A DNA stretch of 64,000 bases from Octopus sinensis (Eukaryota), in contig NC_043002.1 in assembly GCF_006345805.1 (NCBI RefSeq), positions 3,968,001 to 4,032,000 of the forward strand, in the 5' to 3' direction. A program made the translations under genes and the position numbers. Under the pieces are notes generated by a model. The model was not told where the DNA came from. It saw nothing but the letters and a program-made list of their open reading frames with translations, and did not search any database. Shown one piece after another: positions 12,758 through 25,416 of the stretch. Positions within the stretch are counted from its first letter, which is position 1, and each line of letters opens with the position of its first letter.

Positions 12758-12978
12758 CCCTTTAGTGTTCGCATTATTCTGCCAAAATTAATCCTTTTTC
12801 ATCCACATTGTTTTGAAGTAATCATACATTATCTTGTAGCTATGAGATTTTGATGAGGTAGCTGTTAATTTTTAAAACGATATTGTAGGGTTGGTGTGAG
12901 AGACCAGATCTAGCCAGTTTGAACATAAAACAGGCAGAATACTTTTGGCCGGATATGGCCGGTTTAAATGCCAAAGGG
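12758..12978. mobile_element. piggyBac-type MITE
   Basis: TTAA|CCCTTT...AAAGGG|TTAA. Related partial copies near 7734, 27120 and 28577. Confidence 0.8.
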
Positions 12979-13195
12979 TTAATGTAACCTGGAGTGCAAT
13001 CTGCCAGCAAATAATAGATATGCAGTTCAGCTTCTAGGATTGGACCTGCTCTTATTATTATATCTTAGGCCATATTTCCAAATGTCTTTCATTTATATAT
13101 ATGAAGATTATAGACAACTTCATGGCAACTCATCTACCAGAACATAAAATCTTCGAATAGACAGTCAGTAGCAACACCTACTGGTTCTGACTACG

Positions 13196-13236
13196 CTGCA
13201 TTGATAAAGGGCAACAACCCTGAAACATGTCTGCAG
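13196..13236 (+). ncRNA. Minimal type I hammerhead-like motif (core TTGATAA, degenerate)
   Basis: CTGCA-TTGATAA-AGGG-CAACAA-CCCT-GAAA-CATGT-C-TGCAG. Perfect stem I and stem II, palindromic stem III ACATGT, GUC triplet. Confidence 0.65.
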
Positions 13237-13450
13237 ATGTCTGACTAGCAAGGTGAAGCGGCTGACCTTCCCTGTTCGAAGGTTGTAATGGACGCAGGTT
13301 CGTGTGTCATATAGCTAGCTAGAGGCGACAGCCTCTTGGAGCTAATCAGCGACAGCTTTAGTCTTATTTATAGACTGCCATATTAGTATGGCGATAACTA
13401 TTAATATTTTTTTTCTCTCCTTCTTTCTGTGTTTTTTTTCCCTCTGTGTA

Positions 13451-13488
13451 TCTTTCTGTTGAAGAGCGTAGGCTCGAAACGTTAAAGA
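13451..13488 (+). ncRNA. Minimal hammerhead-like motif, CUGUUGA core variant
   Basis: TCTTT-CTGTTGA-A-GAGC-GTAG-GCTC-GAAA-CGT-T-AAAGA. Perfect stem I TCTTT/AAAGA and stem II GAGC/GCTC. Confidence 0.65.
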
Positions 13489-13695
13489 CTTGTTTTATTT
13501 ATATTTCCTGAGCGCCATACTAATACAATTGTTTGTTTGTTTCCCACCTGCCTTCATCTTTTGTCTATTTTCATAAAGCTTCCCGTTATATATATATATA
13601 TAGAGAGAGAGAGTTTATGAAAAAACAAAAGACAAAGACAGGTGGTGTACAAAATATACAGATGTATTAGTATAACGCTCATGAATAGAAAAAAG

Positions 13696-13733
13696 TCTTT
13701 TACGTTTTGAGCCTATGCTCTTCAACAGAAAGG
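13696..13733 (-). ncRNA. Minimal hammerhead-like motif, inverted partner of 13451-13488
   Basis: CCTTT-CTGTTGA-A-GAGC-ATAG-GCTC-AAAA-CGT-A-AAAGA on the minus strand. Confidence 0.55.
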
Positions 13734-15511
13734 GACACAGAAAAAACAAGGAGAGAAAAAAGGAGAGAAAAAGAAAATGTGTGTAGTGGCTAATGATCTT
13801 ATCATGGCAATATATATATGCCTACAGTCTAATGACAGAAACAAATAAAAGATTAAAAGATTAGTTCAAGCAAAAACAACAAAATCTAATAAAATAAATT
13901 TTTTTCAAAAAATGAGAAGAAAAAAATCAAAAAATTCTTTTTTGTTTTAAATGAGAAAAAATATCAGAAAGTTTCTTCTGAGTATGCAGAAAACCAGTTA
14001 AAGCCAGTCTGAAGCCAGTCAATCCTTTATATTATCAAATGGATGACAGGTTTTTTTATTCATGTTTATCAAACACAGTTGAATGAGAAGCTATGACGAC
14101 ACCATTATCCTGTGTGATCTCAACTAAAAATAGTTGAAATCATGTTTTACTATTTTTTTGTTCTCTTCTTTAAATCGTCTTCTAAAGAATGTGGAATGTT
14201 CAGGAAGTCAGCAAAAGGTTAAGACACATCACCTTGTGAGATTTAATATTCTTTTCTTATTTTGGCATAAGGCCAACAATTTCAGGGGAGGTGGGGGTGA
14301 GGGGTGCTCTGTTGATTCCAATGACCCCAGGGCTCAACTGATACTTATTTTATTAACACTGAATGGTGGAATTTGAACTCTGAATGTAAAGACAGATGAA
14401 ATGAGGTTAAGCATTTTGCCAGGTGTGTTAACGATTCTGCCAGCTTGCCACCTTACTATGAGATTATATATGAAGTATAAGGGGCTCTGAATGGAGGTAG
14501 TACCTTTGGTGTCTGGCAACTGCATCTTCTCAGGGATGGACAGGTGATCAGGCATCACTGGTCCTCATTCAACTCCTAATCTCTCACCTGATGGCTCCTT
14601 GTGCCACACCCTGGTATCCCACGTCAGCTGGTGAGCTAAATTAAGTATGGGAATGGTGATAAAACTGCACCAGTAGGTGTAAAACTTTGGGTAAAGCTTC
14701 CCATGGAATCACCATCTAGGGTGGAGGAACCTACTCTGGTCAACAGCTTAGTGCTTGGGGCCTAAGTGTTGGTATCTCAAGTAGGTTTTGGCCAACAGCT
14801 TAGAGAGGAATGGGCACTGCCAAGCTAACTTGCCCACGATACATTCATGATAACAACCAGACCAGAACCCACATCAGGTTGGTCATCACCTGAGTTAACA
14901 TCAAAAAAGGTGGATAGACCTCAATGCGTGACTTCATGCCAATCAGTTAGGTGACATTTTAAAAAATTCAGTCTAAGAAGCAGCACCTTCTCCAAATGTA
15001 GGGTCTCATTTGAGCTTTGTAGAGGGCTTGTAATTGCTGGGTAAAGATGGGATACCTGAAGTATTATCTGGCTCTGAAGATGAAGGCCATACTTTGAGAT
15101 GCAGTTTTTGCCTGATCAAAAGCAAGTTATTTACTGGTTTTGAACATGTCAACTTAGCCTCAGTGTGAGGTACCCAGTGAGAAATTCTTTTAAGTTAGTG
15201 TCTGTCTTGAACCTACAGATTCCTTAGGTTAAAGGCTATTCCAGTTTTTGAATTGTTTAAAGTGAGACTATAACACTCTCACCTGGACTGGTCAACAGTC
15301 CCTCACAATGTTAACTCCAGCTGCTTCTTGTACATACTTTTAGTTGAATGGACAGGAGCAACATGAAATGAAATATTTGCTCAAGGAAGAATATATCACC
15401 TACTTTAGAATTTGAACTCACAATCTTAGGGCTGTGAATCCAACACCCTAACCACAAGGCCATGCACTTTCACAGTAAGAAATTCAATGTTTATAAAACG
15501 AAACTACTTAC

Positions 15512-15691
15512 CTTAATAAACTCCACAGTAATTTTGCCATCAATCTGTGATGTTTCTCCATTTACTCTCACTTTACCATTTTTCACTGAAAACGTTAGCA
15601 TCTCATCATGTGCCACACCTCTTCCAACTTTGGCAAAAATATCAAGTTCATCTACAATGGTATGTTCTCCATTTAAAACCACATCAAATAT
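15512..15691 (-). CDS. MLEC: Malectin, internal coding exon (lectin domain C-terminal half)
   Basis: 180 bp, phase 0/0, ttttcgcAG|...|GTaagt. Translates IFDVVLNGEHTIVDELDIFAKVGRGVAHDEMLTFSVKNGKVRVNGETSQIDGKITVEFIK, matching the malectin pattern VFDV.LNG...V..LDIF..VG...AHDE...EFVK. Confidence 0.93.
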
Positions 15692-17828
15692 CTGCGAAAA
15701 GAGAATGTTGAACACACACTTAGAGTCATCTCGATGGGGCAGCGAACGGTCGAATTCTATGCTTGGGTTTTGGCTTTTAACGTGCCAGACCCAGTGTTGT
15801 TGGTTAATTTCAACTCAACCTGATACATGTTTACTCAGCCATATTGAGATAACTACATCATCCGATGTGTCCTTCCATTTTTTAAGGAAGTTTGTTATGA
15901 TTTGAGGGAGATTTGTTTGCTATTTCTAGCACGCTGAGCCACAACATAAAAGTCCTCCTGTTGGCGCCATTGCTGTTGTTGATGTCACTGTAAGCGGCCT
16001 CAACCTTTTTTCAAGAACCTCAGTCAGTTTAAAGAAATTCTGAGGCACAAGGCATTGCACCAAATCCATTTAGTCTCCATCAAAATTCTTCATCGATTCT
16101 GCCCCCCACCCCCATCCCCTCACCTGACTTCACCTTTTTTTTTCCAGACCCACTGATGTCCATGTTATTGACTTTTTGCACTTTGAGTGCAAGCATAGCC
16201 ATATGGTTAAGAAGTGAACTTCACAATCATGAGTTCCATGGTTTAATTCCATTTCGAAATACCTTAGACAAGTATCTCCTATCACAGACTCAAGACTTGT
16301 CGAGTGAAACCAGGCAGACACTAGGTCAAAGGTCATTCCAGTTTTTGAAGTGTTTAAACAAGTGAGATTATAACACTCTCACCTGGATTGGTCAACAGTC
16401 CTTGACAAGGCCACCCCATCAGGTGGCCTGCATCTTAACCCTTTGCTTGTCACACAGGATACACAGGACATATTTCCCTGGGGTCCATGCCTTATATTTG
16501 ACACATGTTCCAAATTCTTTTCCACCCACCAGAGTAACGTGAGACTTTCGAAAGGAAGGCATTGCTTTATTCAGAATGTGTGAAATAAAAGGACAAATTA
16601 AAAGTTTGGAAACAAATATGGACATTTGGGACAGACATCTGAAAATGCTTTGGACAGGCAAAGGATTCATTCAAGGAATTCAGCCTTGTCATACACAGCA
16701 TCACATTGATTCTGCCTGCGGTTTACATTAAGAGGACACATGCTTATGGAATAATCAGCTATTTTCACTATGATGAACTGGCAGTTCTCTTGGTGCCATA
16801 ATTGGTAACTCACACTATCAAAATTGTCAGAGGAGCCATTTCATCATCATCATCATCGTTTAATGTCCGCTTTCCATGCTAGCATGGGTTGGACGATTTG
16901 ACTGAGGGCTGGCAAACCAGAAGGCTGCACCAGGCTGCTCCAAGCTTGATCTAGCAGAGTTTCTACAGCTGGATGCCCTTCCTGACGCCAACCACTCCGA
17001 GAGTGTAGTGGGTGCTTTTACGTGCCTGTCATGTGGTACTGGCAATGACCTTGCTCAAATCTTTTAGACAGGCCACCAGCACAGGTGCCAGTAAAGTGAT
17101 ACATTTATTTCTAGAAACCCTGCATTAAGCATTTAGCCTGATTATTTTGTTGCTGAGAGTGTATCCCTTTACAACAACCCTCCATTGGATTCCTTAAGCC
17201 CCTACTTTCCAAACCTATAAAATCAAAATTAAACATTCAACTGAAATACTTACACCCATCCTATACTCAGAGGATCTAAAAAAGGGAAATAAACGTCTCA
17301 TGTACTCAGACTCTTATATAGTAAGTACACTCTAATGACAGGAATTTCTAGACATTCACTTGACCTGCTAGAAATAACAACCAAATCTCCCTTGTATCAC
17401 AATCCATCATCATTAACAACAACAAAAAAAGAAAAAGACACTGAATAATAATGTGCTGGGCATACAAAAATACAGGATGGTCAAGGCTTAAAACACAGTT
17501 CTATTCAATAAGGGTAAATTTGGGCTAAACAACACCAATAATAGCAACAATCAATATCAGTTTCAAATTTTGGCAATGGGCCAACAGTTTTTGAGAGGAG
17601 GCGTAAGTAAGTTGATTACGTTGACCCAGTCCTTAACTGGTATTTGTTTTATTGACCTCGAAAGGGTGAAAGGCAAAGTCAACCTCGGTGGAATTGATAG
17701 AAACAATTTATATTAGTATTTACAATACATATTAAACCGTTTTGTTAGCGTAGTTCAACTGAAATATTCTGCCTTTCACCAATAAATTTTTTTAAATAAT
17801 GAAGAATTTTTTTGTCATTATTAAACTA

Positions 17829-18226
17829 GGCGCAGGAGTGGCTGTGTGGTAAAGTAGCTTGTTTACCAACCACATGGTCCCGGGTTCAGTCCCACTGCGT
17901 GGCAACTTGGGCAAGTGTCTTCTACTATAGCCTCGGGCCAACCAAAGTCTTGTGAGTGGATTTGGTAGACGGAAACTGAAAGAAGCCCGTCGTATATATG
18001 TATATATATGCATGTGTGTGTTTGTGTGTCTGTGTTTGTCACCCGAGCATTGCTTGACAACCAATGCTGGTGTGTTTATGTCCCCGTTACTTAGCGGTTC
18101 GGCAAAAGAGACCGATAGAATAAGTACTGGGCTTACAAAAGAATAAGTCCTGGGGTCGAGTTGCTCGATTAAAGGTGGTGCTCCAGCATGGCCGCAGTCA
18201 AATGACTGAAACAAGTAAAAGAGAGT
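17829..18226 (+). mobile_element. tRNA-derived SINE family A, full-length copy
   Basis: Head through (AAAGAGT)n-like tail. Other copies at 18577-18928(-), 25947-26349(+), 37247-37643(+), 50452-50861(-) and 55324-55722(-). Confidence 0.85.
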
Positions 18227-20214
18227 AAAAAAAAAAAAAAGAGAGTAATTAATATGAAATTAATATGAAATTTTGATGGAAGATTTTAATTAAGACCAGT
18301 TTAAAGGTAGAAGTTTGTATTAGAGAACCAAGGGCTGTCTCAGGCAGATTAGTATCAAAAGAGTTCATCAAATATGTACATTATTTATGTTTTGATTAGA
18401 TGCAGAATCAATATTTGTAGCAGCCAAGGTATCTCCGACCAATGAGAGTTGAACTCAAACTGTAGGTAGGCAAATACTAAATACTATTAGAACTTGAGTA
18501 TTGTGCTCTGCCACTCCAGCTGTTCCATTGCTCCAGCTGTTACTCCTCTTGTGTCACTGTAGTACTCTTTTTTAAACTCTTTTACTTGTTTCAGTCATTT
18601 GACTGTGGCCATGCTGGAGCACTGCTTTTAGTCGAGCAAACAGACCCCAGGACTTATTCTTATTGGTCTCTTTTGCCGAACCGCTAAGTTACGGGGGACG
18701 TAAATACACCACCATTGGTTGTCAAGTGATGTTGGGGGGACAAACACAAACACATAAACACACACACACACACATATATATAATATATACATATACACAC
18801 GTATATGATGGGCTTCTTTCAGTTTCTGACTACCAAATCCACTTGCCCAAGGTGCCACGCAGTGGGAATGAACCCGGAACCATGTGGTTGGTAAGCAAGC
18901 TACTTACCACACAGCCACTCCTCTGCCTACTAATAGCAATTTCCTTAACTAGAACACTGCCACACTTATTTTTGCTGATGTTTACCTCCAGATCAATACT
19001 GATCAAGCAATCCTATGATCAAAGTCATTCAGATAAGGATATCTTTCTTATATATAGATTCAGGTGTGGCAGTGTGGTAAAAAGCTTGCTTCCCAACCAT
19101 ATGGCCCTGGGTTCAGTCCCACTGTGTGCGACTTTGGGCAAGTGTCTTCTACTATAGCTTCAGGCCAATCAAAGCCTTGTGAGTGGAAACTGAAAGAAGC
19201 CTGTTTTGTTCCCCTGCCACTGTTTGACAAGCAGATAAAATAAGTACAAGGCTTAAAAAAAAAGTACCAGGGTCAATTCATTCAACTGAAATTCTTCAAG
19301 ACAGTGCCCCAGCATGGGCCACAGTCTAATGACTGAAACAAGTAAAAAAAAAATACAAGATCTAAGACTACATTATCTAGAGAGTAGCTGTTGCTATTTA
19401 GTCTTAGAGCAGCCCTAACAGAGCAGGCTTATGATCAAAATGCATTCCAGCCATGACCACCACCCAGTTTTCTTAGGCACATGCATGAGTATACTGACTA
19501 AAGTGTCCTTTTTTGCAACATTGAAGCAGATAAGACTGGTGTAATCCAATGGTGGGGTGTTTCCAAAGTATCTTCTTCATTGAGTCAATGTTGATTTGGC
19601 ATGCGATATCTCGGTGATAATGTGAATGGCACTTGAGTGTAGGGGGTTGGTGTTGTCTGTACAAGTACTGGAGATAGCTGCATGTAGGTCATTCATACAA
19701 GACAAAGAGAATGAAGGGTAGAACTGAATTATGGGGTACAACACATCAACACCAGTTGCCAAGTGGTGGTGGTGGTAGGGGACAAACACAGACAAAGACA
19801 CACACACACACACACACATAGATATATACCTATACATACACGATGGGCTTCTTTCAGTTTCTGTCTACAAAATCTACTCACAGCAAGAGGCTATAGTAGA
19901 GACAATTGCCCAAGGTGCCACACCATGGGGCTGAACTCGCAACCAAGTGGTTGGGAAGCAAGCTTCTTACCTTGCTTCTCAACCACTTGGTTATGGGTTC
20001 AGTCCCACTGCATGGCACCTAGAGCAATATACATAATAGTATATATAATATAAATTCCTCATTTCAGAAATTGCAGTAATTTTATGCCAAATTACTGCAC
20101 TAAATTCAAAGAACAAATTTCTAATTCATTAAAGCAGTGTTTCTTATGGGGGAGGAGGCTACTAATGAGAATTGGAAAGGAAATGAACAACTTGTTATCT
20201 ATACATATATAAAT

Positions 20215-22797
20215 GGTGGTGTGATGGTCTACGTTCGTTCAAATTTTTTGGTAATTCCTTGTGCCGATTTGAACGAATCACAAGAAGAAGTTTTTTTCTG
20301 TGACGTACGTATGACCATGTCAACACTCCTGCTTGGCGTTGTTTATCGTCCCCCAAATTACCACCAGGACACACAGCTTTGCAACATCCTCCGAGCTGCA
20401 GCCAGGAAAACAGCCACTTATGTGTTTATTGCAGGCGATTTCAATCATCCTGAGATCAATTGGGAAACCTTCCGTTGGCCACAGAGTGCAAACGATTTTG
20501 TTGAGCTTGTGCTGGACTCAAACTGGTCACAAGTAGTCACCTCTCCAACAAGAGGCGACAACACCTTGGACCTGCTCTTCACCACAACTCCTGAAGCGGT
20601 TACCAATTGCACTACGGAGGAACCTCTAAGTGACTCTGATCATGCTATGATCATCGCCAATCTGGCTCTTGCGGGCAACAAACACCTGAACCATCTCCAA
20701 TCTGCTTCCTTCGATTGGAAGAGAGCAGATTGGAACCTGTACCACACTGAACTACAGCACCCAAACTGGCGTGAATTCTACAACTCTGGAGATGTGAATA
20801 CTATACTCCAGAGTATCCTGGACTCAATATGGGCAGCATGTGCAGCATCAGTGCCACGTAAACAAAAAAAGAAGAACCGCCCCAAAAGGGCAATTTGGGA
20901 AACTTCAGCGGTCCGACTTGCCAGGAAGGAACGTCGGACTGCTGAACAGGAATACAGGTTGCATAAATCAGACACCAACAGGAAGAAGCGGAATAAATCC
21001 TCCAACCATCTCAAGCAAGTGACAAAAAATGCAGTGCTTGAATTTGAACAGTGCATAGCAGCCAATCCTGACAGCAAGGTTTTCTGGAAATATGTGCATT
21101 CAAAGCAGAGACCTCACTCTCCAGTGGGCCCTCTTCGCAACCCTCACACGAACCAGATCACTGACGACCCCAAGGAATGCGCAGAACTCATTGCCGAGTG
21201 CTATGCAAACATATTCACTGTCGAAAGTCAAAATGTACCATCTTCACCATCACTAACAGCAAACTCCATAACAACTATGGAATTTACACCTGCAATGCTG
21301 CGAAGTCACCTTCAAAATAAGCGCAACTATGCCTCCCCTGGTCTCGATGGAGTTGCATACCTGCTTCTCAAACGTGGCAGGCACTTCCTTTTACACCAGC
21401 TTTCTATTTTCTTCCAGTACTGTCTCAACAATGGTGCTACTCCGGAGCAGTGGAAAACTGCCAGTGTCATTCCTCTGTTCAAAAAGGGTGACCGCACATC
21501 ACCTGTCAACTATCGCCCAGTCAGTCTCACTAGCTGTATTGCAAAACTGATGGAATCGTGTGTCAGAGAAACACTCTGGAACTTCTGGAGCTCTCACAGT
21601 CTCATCCGACCCTCACAATATGGATTTGTCCCTAACTCCAGCTGCAGTGACCAGCTTGTCGAGTTCCTTGAGGACATTACTCAGATCACTGACAGTGGCT
21701 CATGGGTGGATGTTGTCTACCTTGACTTTGCTAAGGCTTTCAACTCTGTGCCACACAAAAGGCTTATGGTGAAACTCTCTGCAATGGGTGTGGGGGATGA
21801 CCTTTTTAACTGGTTGAAATCCTTCATCCTCAGCCGAAAGGAGGTAGTCACAGTTCTAGGACAGCACTCTACACCATATGAGATGTCATCGGGTGTACCA
21901 CAGGGATCTGTCCTTGGTCCCCTCCTGTTTGTGGCATACATTAATGACATAGATGCCAATTTAAAGAATGCCACAGTATTGAAATATGCAGACGACATCA
22001 AGCTGTACCTTGAAATCAAGAGGACTGATCCTGATGTCTACAACTCTTTCCTGCAATCAGACCTAGACACAATGCAGCAATGGATCACAGACTGGCAACT
22101 GAAACTGGCTGTGGACAAGTGTACCACCATGCATTTTGGGAGAAAAAACCCTGCGTCCACATACTCCCTCCACAACACTGATATCAAGAAATCCTCTTGC
22201 GAGCGTGACCTAGGCATCACTGTCAGCAGTGATTTGCGTTGGACAAAGCATATCTCTAAAATTGTCAAGAAGGCCGAGGGTGTCTTGGCATCACTCAGCA
22301 AGACTTTTGTTAGCCGCTCTCCAGCCATCTATTTAAAACTGTATACAGCTATGGTACGACCACACTTGGAATTCACATCATCAGTTTGGAATCCCTATCT
22401 TGCTCAGAACATTGACCTCCTGGAATCTGTCCAGAGACGTGCAACCAAACGCATACCCTCCATCAGACACCTACCATATTCTGAGCGCCTTGTTTCCCTG
22501 GGCATGGATTCACTGAGGCTCCGGCGTCTGGCGACGGACTTGGTAAACACCCACAAGGTTATCAACCACCTCACCAACAACAACACTGAACACCTTTTTG
22601 ATCTCCATGTGTCTAACACACGTGGACATGCCTACAAAGTCAGAAAACAGCACAGCTCCCATGACTTTCGGAAACATTTTTTCACGCTCAGGGTTGCTGA
22701 AGCGTGGAATAAACTGCCTGCATCAGTTGTTGACTGCCATGACACTGCATCCTTTAAGGCCCTCATGCTTCCCGAAATCCGTCGAAACTACACCTGA
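20215..22797 (+). CDS. CR1-clade LINE ORF2 (APE endonuclease plus reverse transcriptase), 5'-truncated but uninterrupted
   Basis: About 860 open codons with VYRPP, GDFN, LDL and SDH (APE) and NYRPVSLTS, LDFAKAF, GVPQGSVLGP and YADD (RT), plus a CR1-type C-terminus TRGH...FF..RV...WN.LP. The ORF track start at 20137 is flanking DNA. Confidence 0.95.
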   Translation, partial: GGVMVYVRSNFLVIPCADLNESQEEVFFCDVRMTMSTLLLGVVYRPPNYHQDTQLCNILRAAARKTATYVFIAGDFNHPEINWETFRWPQSANDFVELVLDSNWSQVVTSPTRGDNTLDLLFTTTPEAVTNCTTEEPLSDSDHAMIIANLALAGNKHLNHLQSASFDWKRADWNLYHTELQHPNWREFYNSGDVNTILQSILDSIWAACAASVPRKQKKKNRPKRAIWETSAVRLARKERRTAEQEYRLHKSDTNRKKRNKSSNHLKQVTKNAVLEFEQCIAANPDSKVFWKYVHSKQRPHSPVGPLRNPHTNQITDDPKECAELIAECYANIFTVESQNVPSSPSLTANSITTMEFTPAMLRSHLQNKRNYASPGLDGVAYLLLKRGRHFLLHQLSIFFQYCLNNGATPEQWKTASVIPLFKKGDRTSPVNYRPVSLTSCIAKLMESCVRETLWNFWSSHSLIRPSQYGFVPNSSCSDQLVEFLEDITQITDSGSWVDVVYLDFAKAFNSVPHKRLMVKLSAMGVGDDLFNWLKSFILSRKEVVTVLGQHSTPYEMSSGVPQGSVLGPLLFVAYINDIDANLKNATVLKYADDIKLYLEIKRTDPDVYNSFLQSDLDTMQQWITDWQLKLAVDKCTTMHFGRKNPASTYSLHNTDIKKSSCERDLGITVSSDLRWTKHISKIVKKAEGVLASLSKTFVSRSPAIYLKLYTAMVRPHLEFTSSVWNPYLAQNIDLLESVQRRATKRIPSIRHLPYSERLVSLGMDSLRLRRLATDLVNTHKVINHLTNNNTEHLFDLHVSNTRGHAYKVRKQHSSHDFRKHFFTLRVAEAWNKLPASVVDCHDTASFKALMLPEIRRNYT

Positions 22798-22846
22798 TTA
22801 TATATACACTTTAGATGAGTTGTAGTGCACCTGAGCACTGTACACA

Positions 22847-22880
<34 letters not shown>
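20215..22880 (+). mobile_element. CR1-clade LINE with short 3' UTR and (TTA)n tail
   Basis: ORF2 followed by about 50-bp UTR and (ATT)n; AATG at both junctions (20212-20215 and 22880-22883). Confidence 0.92.
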
Positions 22881-22883
<3 letters not shown>

Positions 22884-23574
22884 CGAGTCTGTTTGTGTCA
22901 AGTTGCCGTCTAACACCCATTAACGAATTTTCATGAAACTTTGCAAACATGTCAAAGTAACATCCAGGTTGTTACTAGGCACACTGAAGTTTAATAAAAA
23001 ATCTATAATTGGATAGCTAGGGCCCCTAGATGGGGTCCACATAGAAATCCTCTATTTTCCTTTAACAGCTAAGGGAAATAATCCATTCGTTTTCCTAGCC
23101 AAGGGCAATAACCCAACTTATCCTGACATTTTCTGTTCTCATAAATGTAATATAACAAACGCGAAAACTAATTTCTGTGTGTCACACTTTGACCCCCCAC
23201 CCCACCCCACCCCTCACTATTCAATGACACTTCTACTATTCTTTGTTGGGGTGAGAGTATCAGTAAAGACAGTGAAGGTGGTGGTGAAGACAGAGAGGGT
23301 GAGAGAGAGAGAGGGAGAAAGAGAGACAAAGAAATTTAGGGAGAGTTGATGATGTTTTATTAAAAGTAGTAGTGTTGATGGTGGCAGTGGGAGTAATAAT
23401 AAGAGAGAGAGAGAGAGAGAGAGAGAAAGAGTGGGTAAGTGAGAGAAAGAGGGAGAGGATGTACAACTTTGTTTAACCATGTCTCTTTGACAGAAATTCC
23501 GGTGGCCAACATACTGAACCAGCATACTGAACACTATCATTTTTGGTTTATTTTTTGCTTTCTTGAATATATAT

Positions 23575-23622
<48 letters not shown>

Positions 23623-23623
<1 letters not shown>

Positions 23624-23934
23624 GAGGGTGAGATAAAAAGTAATGCCATTTTGTTTAGGACAGGTATGATTACCAACACAGGAACATGTATCATCCATCA
23701 AAATGAAGCTGGTCCTCTGTGGATTGCATCCCTACTTCTCAACATAGTCACCGTTTCTCTCAATAGCAATGTTCCACCTTCGAATGAGAGCATGTATCCC
23801 TGCCCCGTAAAATTCTGTTGACTGTTCTTTGAGCCACTTCTTCACTACAGTTTTCACTTCCTCATCACTGGACTATCATCTCTTCGGCCCCATGAAAGAG
23901 GGTTTGAGAGGCAAACATTATTGCAGTGACGAGG
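23623..23934. mobile_element. Mariner transposon 3'-end remnant with internal inversion
   Basis: TA|CGAGGGTG... terminus. Minus strand SDEEVKTVVKKWLKEQSTEFY...RRWNIAIERNGDYVEK*; plus strand DYHLFGPMKEGLRGKHY (mariner PSDYHLF region). Confidence 0.8.
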
Positions 23935-25416
23935 TTAAAGGTGCATTTAAGTAAATTTTGCATGGGTTTTTGAGCTGTGCTCCATCAAACAAGATCAACT
24001 TCTTGAGTTTCAGACCTGCTCTGATTGGGGAAACTTATGATCAAAAGCTATCTGACCATGGACATCTCATATTGTTTTCAAGAATAGTGTATCAGGGGTT
24101 ACATAATGCAATAAGTGTTTTCTGCTCTCTCTCTCTCTCTCTCTCTTTCCTACCTCTTTAAAATGGTAGGATGTGATTTAAGGGAAACTTGGCTGCTACT
24201 TCTAGTAGGTCAAGTGGCCACATAGAGGCTCCTTGTGACATGAAGATCGCATTAATTATCATGCTGCTATGGCAACAAATTAACCAATTTCTCTGGGACA
24301 GATCTCTGTCTTCCTTTACGTGGAAACAGGTGAGAAGGAGAAGGAGGAGGAGGAGGGCTCAGCAACCACTCCCCCCCCTACCCTGTGAAATAAAATAAAC
24401 ATTTATCTGAAAGGAGAGTTTTAATAGGTACGGGGAAAGAGATCAGCTGATGATAAATTAAGAGACTGACTACCGTTACTATGGAGATATGGGGAGAGAG
24501 AGAGAGAGAGCAAAGAAGGAAGAAAGAAAGAAAACCAGATGGGGGGGGGAAAGAAGGAAAGAATAAAACAAAGCAAAACCACAGGAAAAGAAAGAAAAGG
24601 AAAAAAGAAAGAAAAAAAGGAAAAGAAATAGAAAGAATACAGAATGGAACAAAGAAAAAAAGGGAAGAAAGAAAGAAAATGTTGTGAAGAAAAATTGTGT
24701 CAAAGATGAGGAACTTTTGTTCTCACTGGTATGGCTAGTTATGCGAAATATTGAAGGATATAGTAAGAAATAGGGGCTTACAAAATTTGCAAACCTGTCC
24801 AACCCCTGCCAATGTGGAGAAACGAAAAAAAGATGCTAACATAATGATTATGATGTTACCATTTAGGAAATTTTGTTTCTTGGTTTTTTTAATATTTATT
24901 ATGAAAATTAAGATATCTTTTATGTTTTCCTTTAACTTGTTTCCAGTCAGTGGACTGTGACCATGGCAGGGTTCAGCTTGAAAGAGTTTGGTTGAACAAA
25001 TTCATTCAGGTATGACATTCTAAGTCTGGTATTTATTCTAGGGTGCATTCTGCTGAACCGCTAAGTTTCAGAAGGTGTACAAACCAATGCCAGTCGTCAA
25101 GTGCGTGCATGGAACACACACACACACACACAATGAGCTTCCACAGAGTTTCCATCTACCAAATCCACTCACAAGGCATTGGTCAGCCCAGGGCTATAGT
25201 AGAAGACACTTGCTCAAGGTGCTAACCCAGTGGGATTGAAGCTGAAAGCATGTGACTGCAAAGTGAGCTTCTTAAACTCCACTCCACACACAAGTGTGTG
25301 TGAGTGAGAATGGTGTGTGTGAGTGTGTATATGTGAATGGGGGCAAGTGCAATATATATATACACTCACACACACACACACTTATATATACTTATATATA
25401 TATATATACACACACG

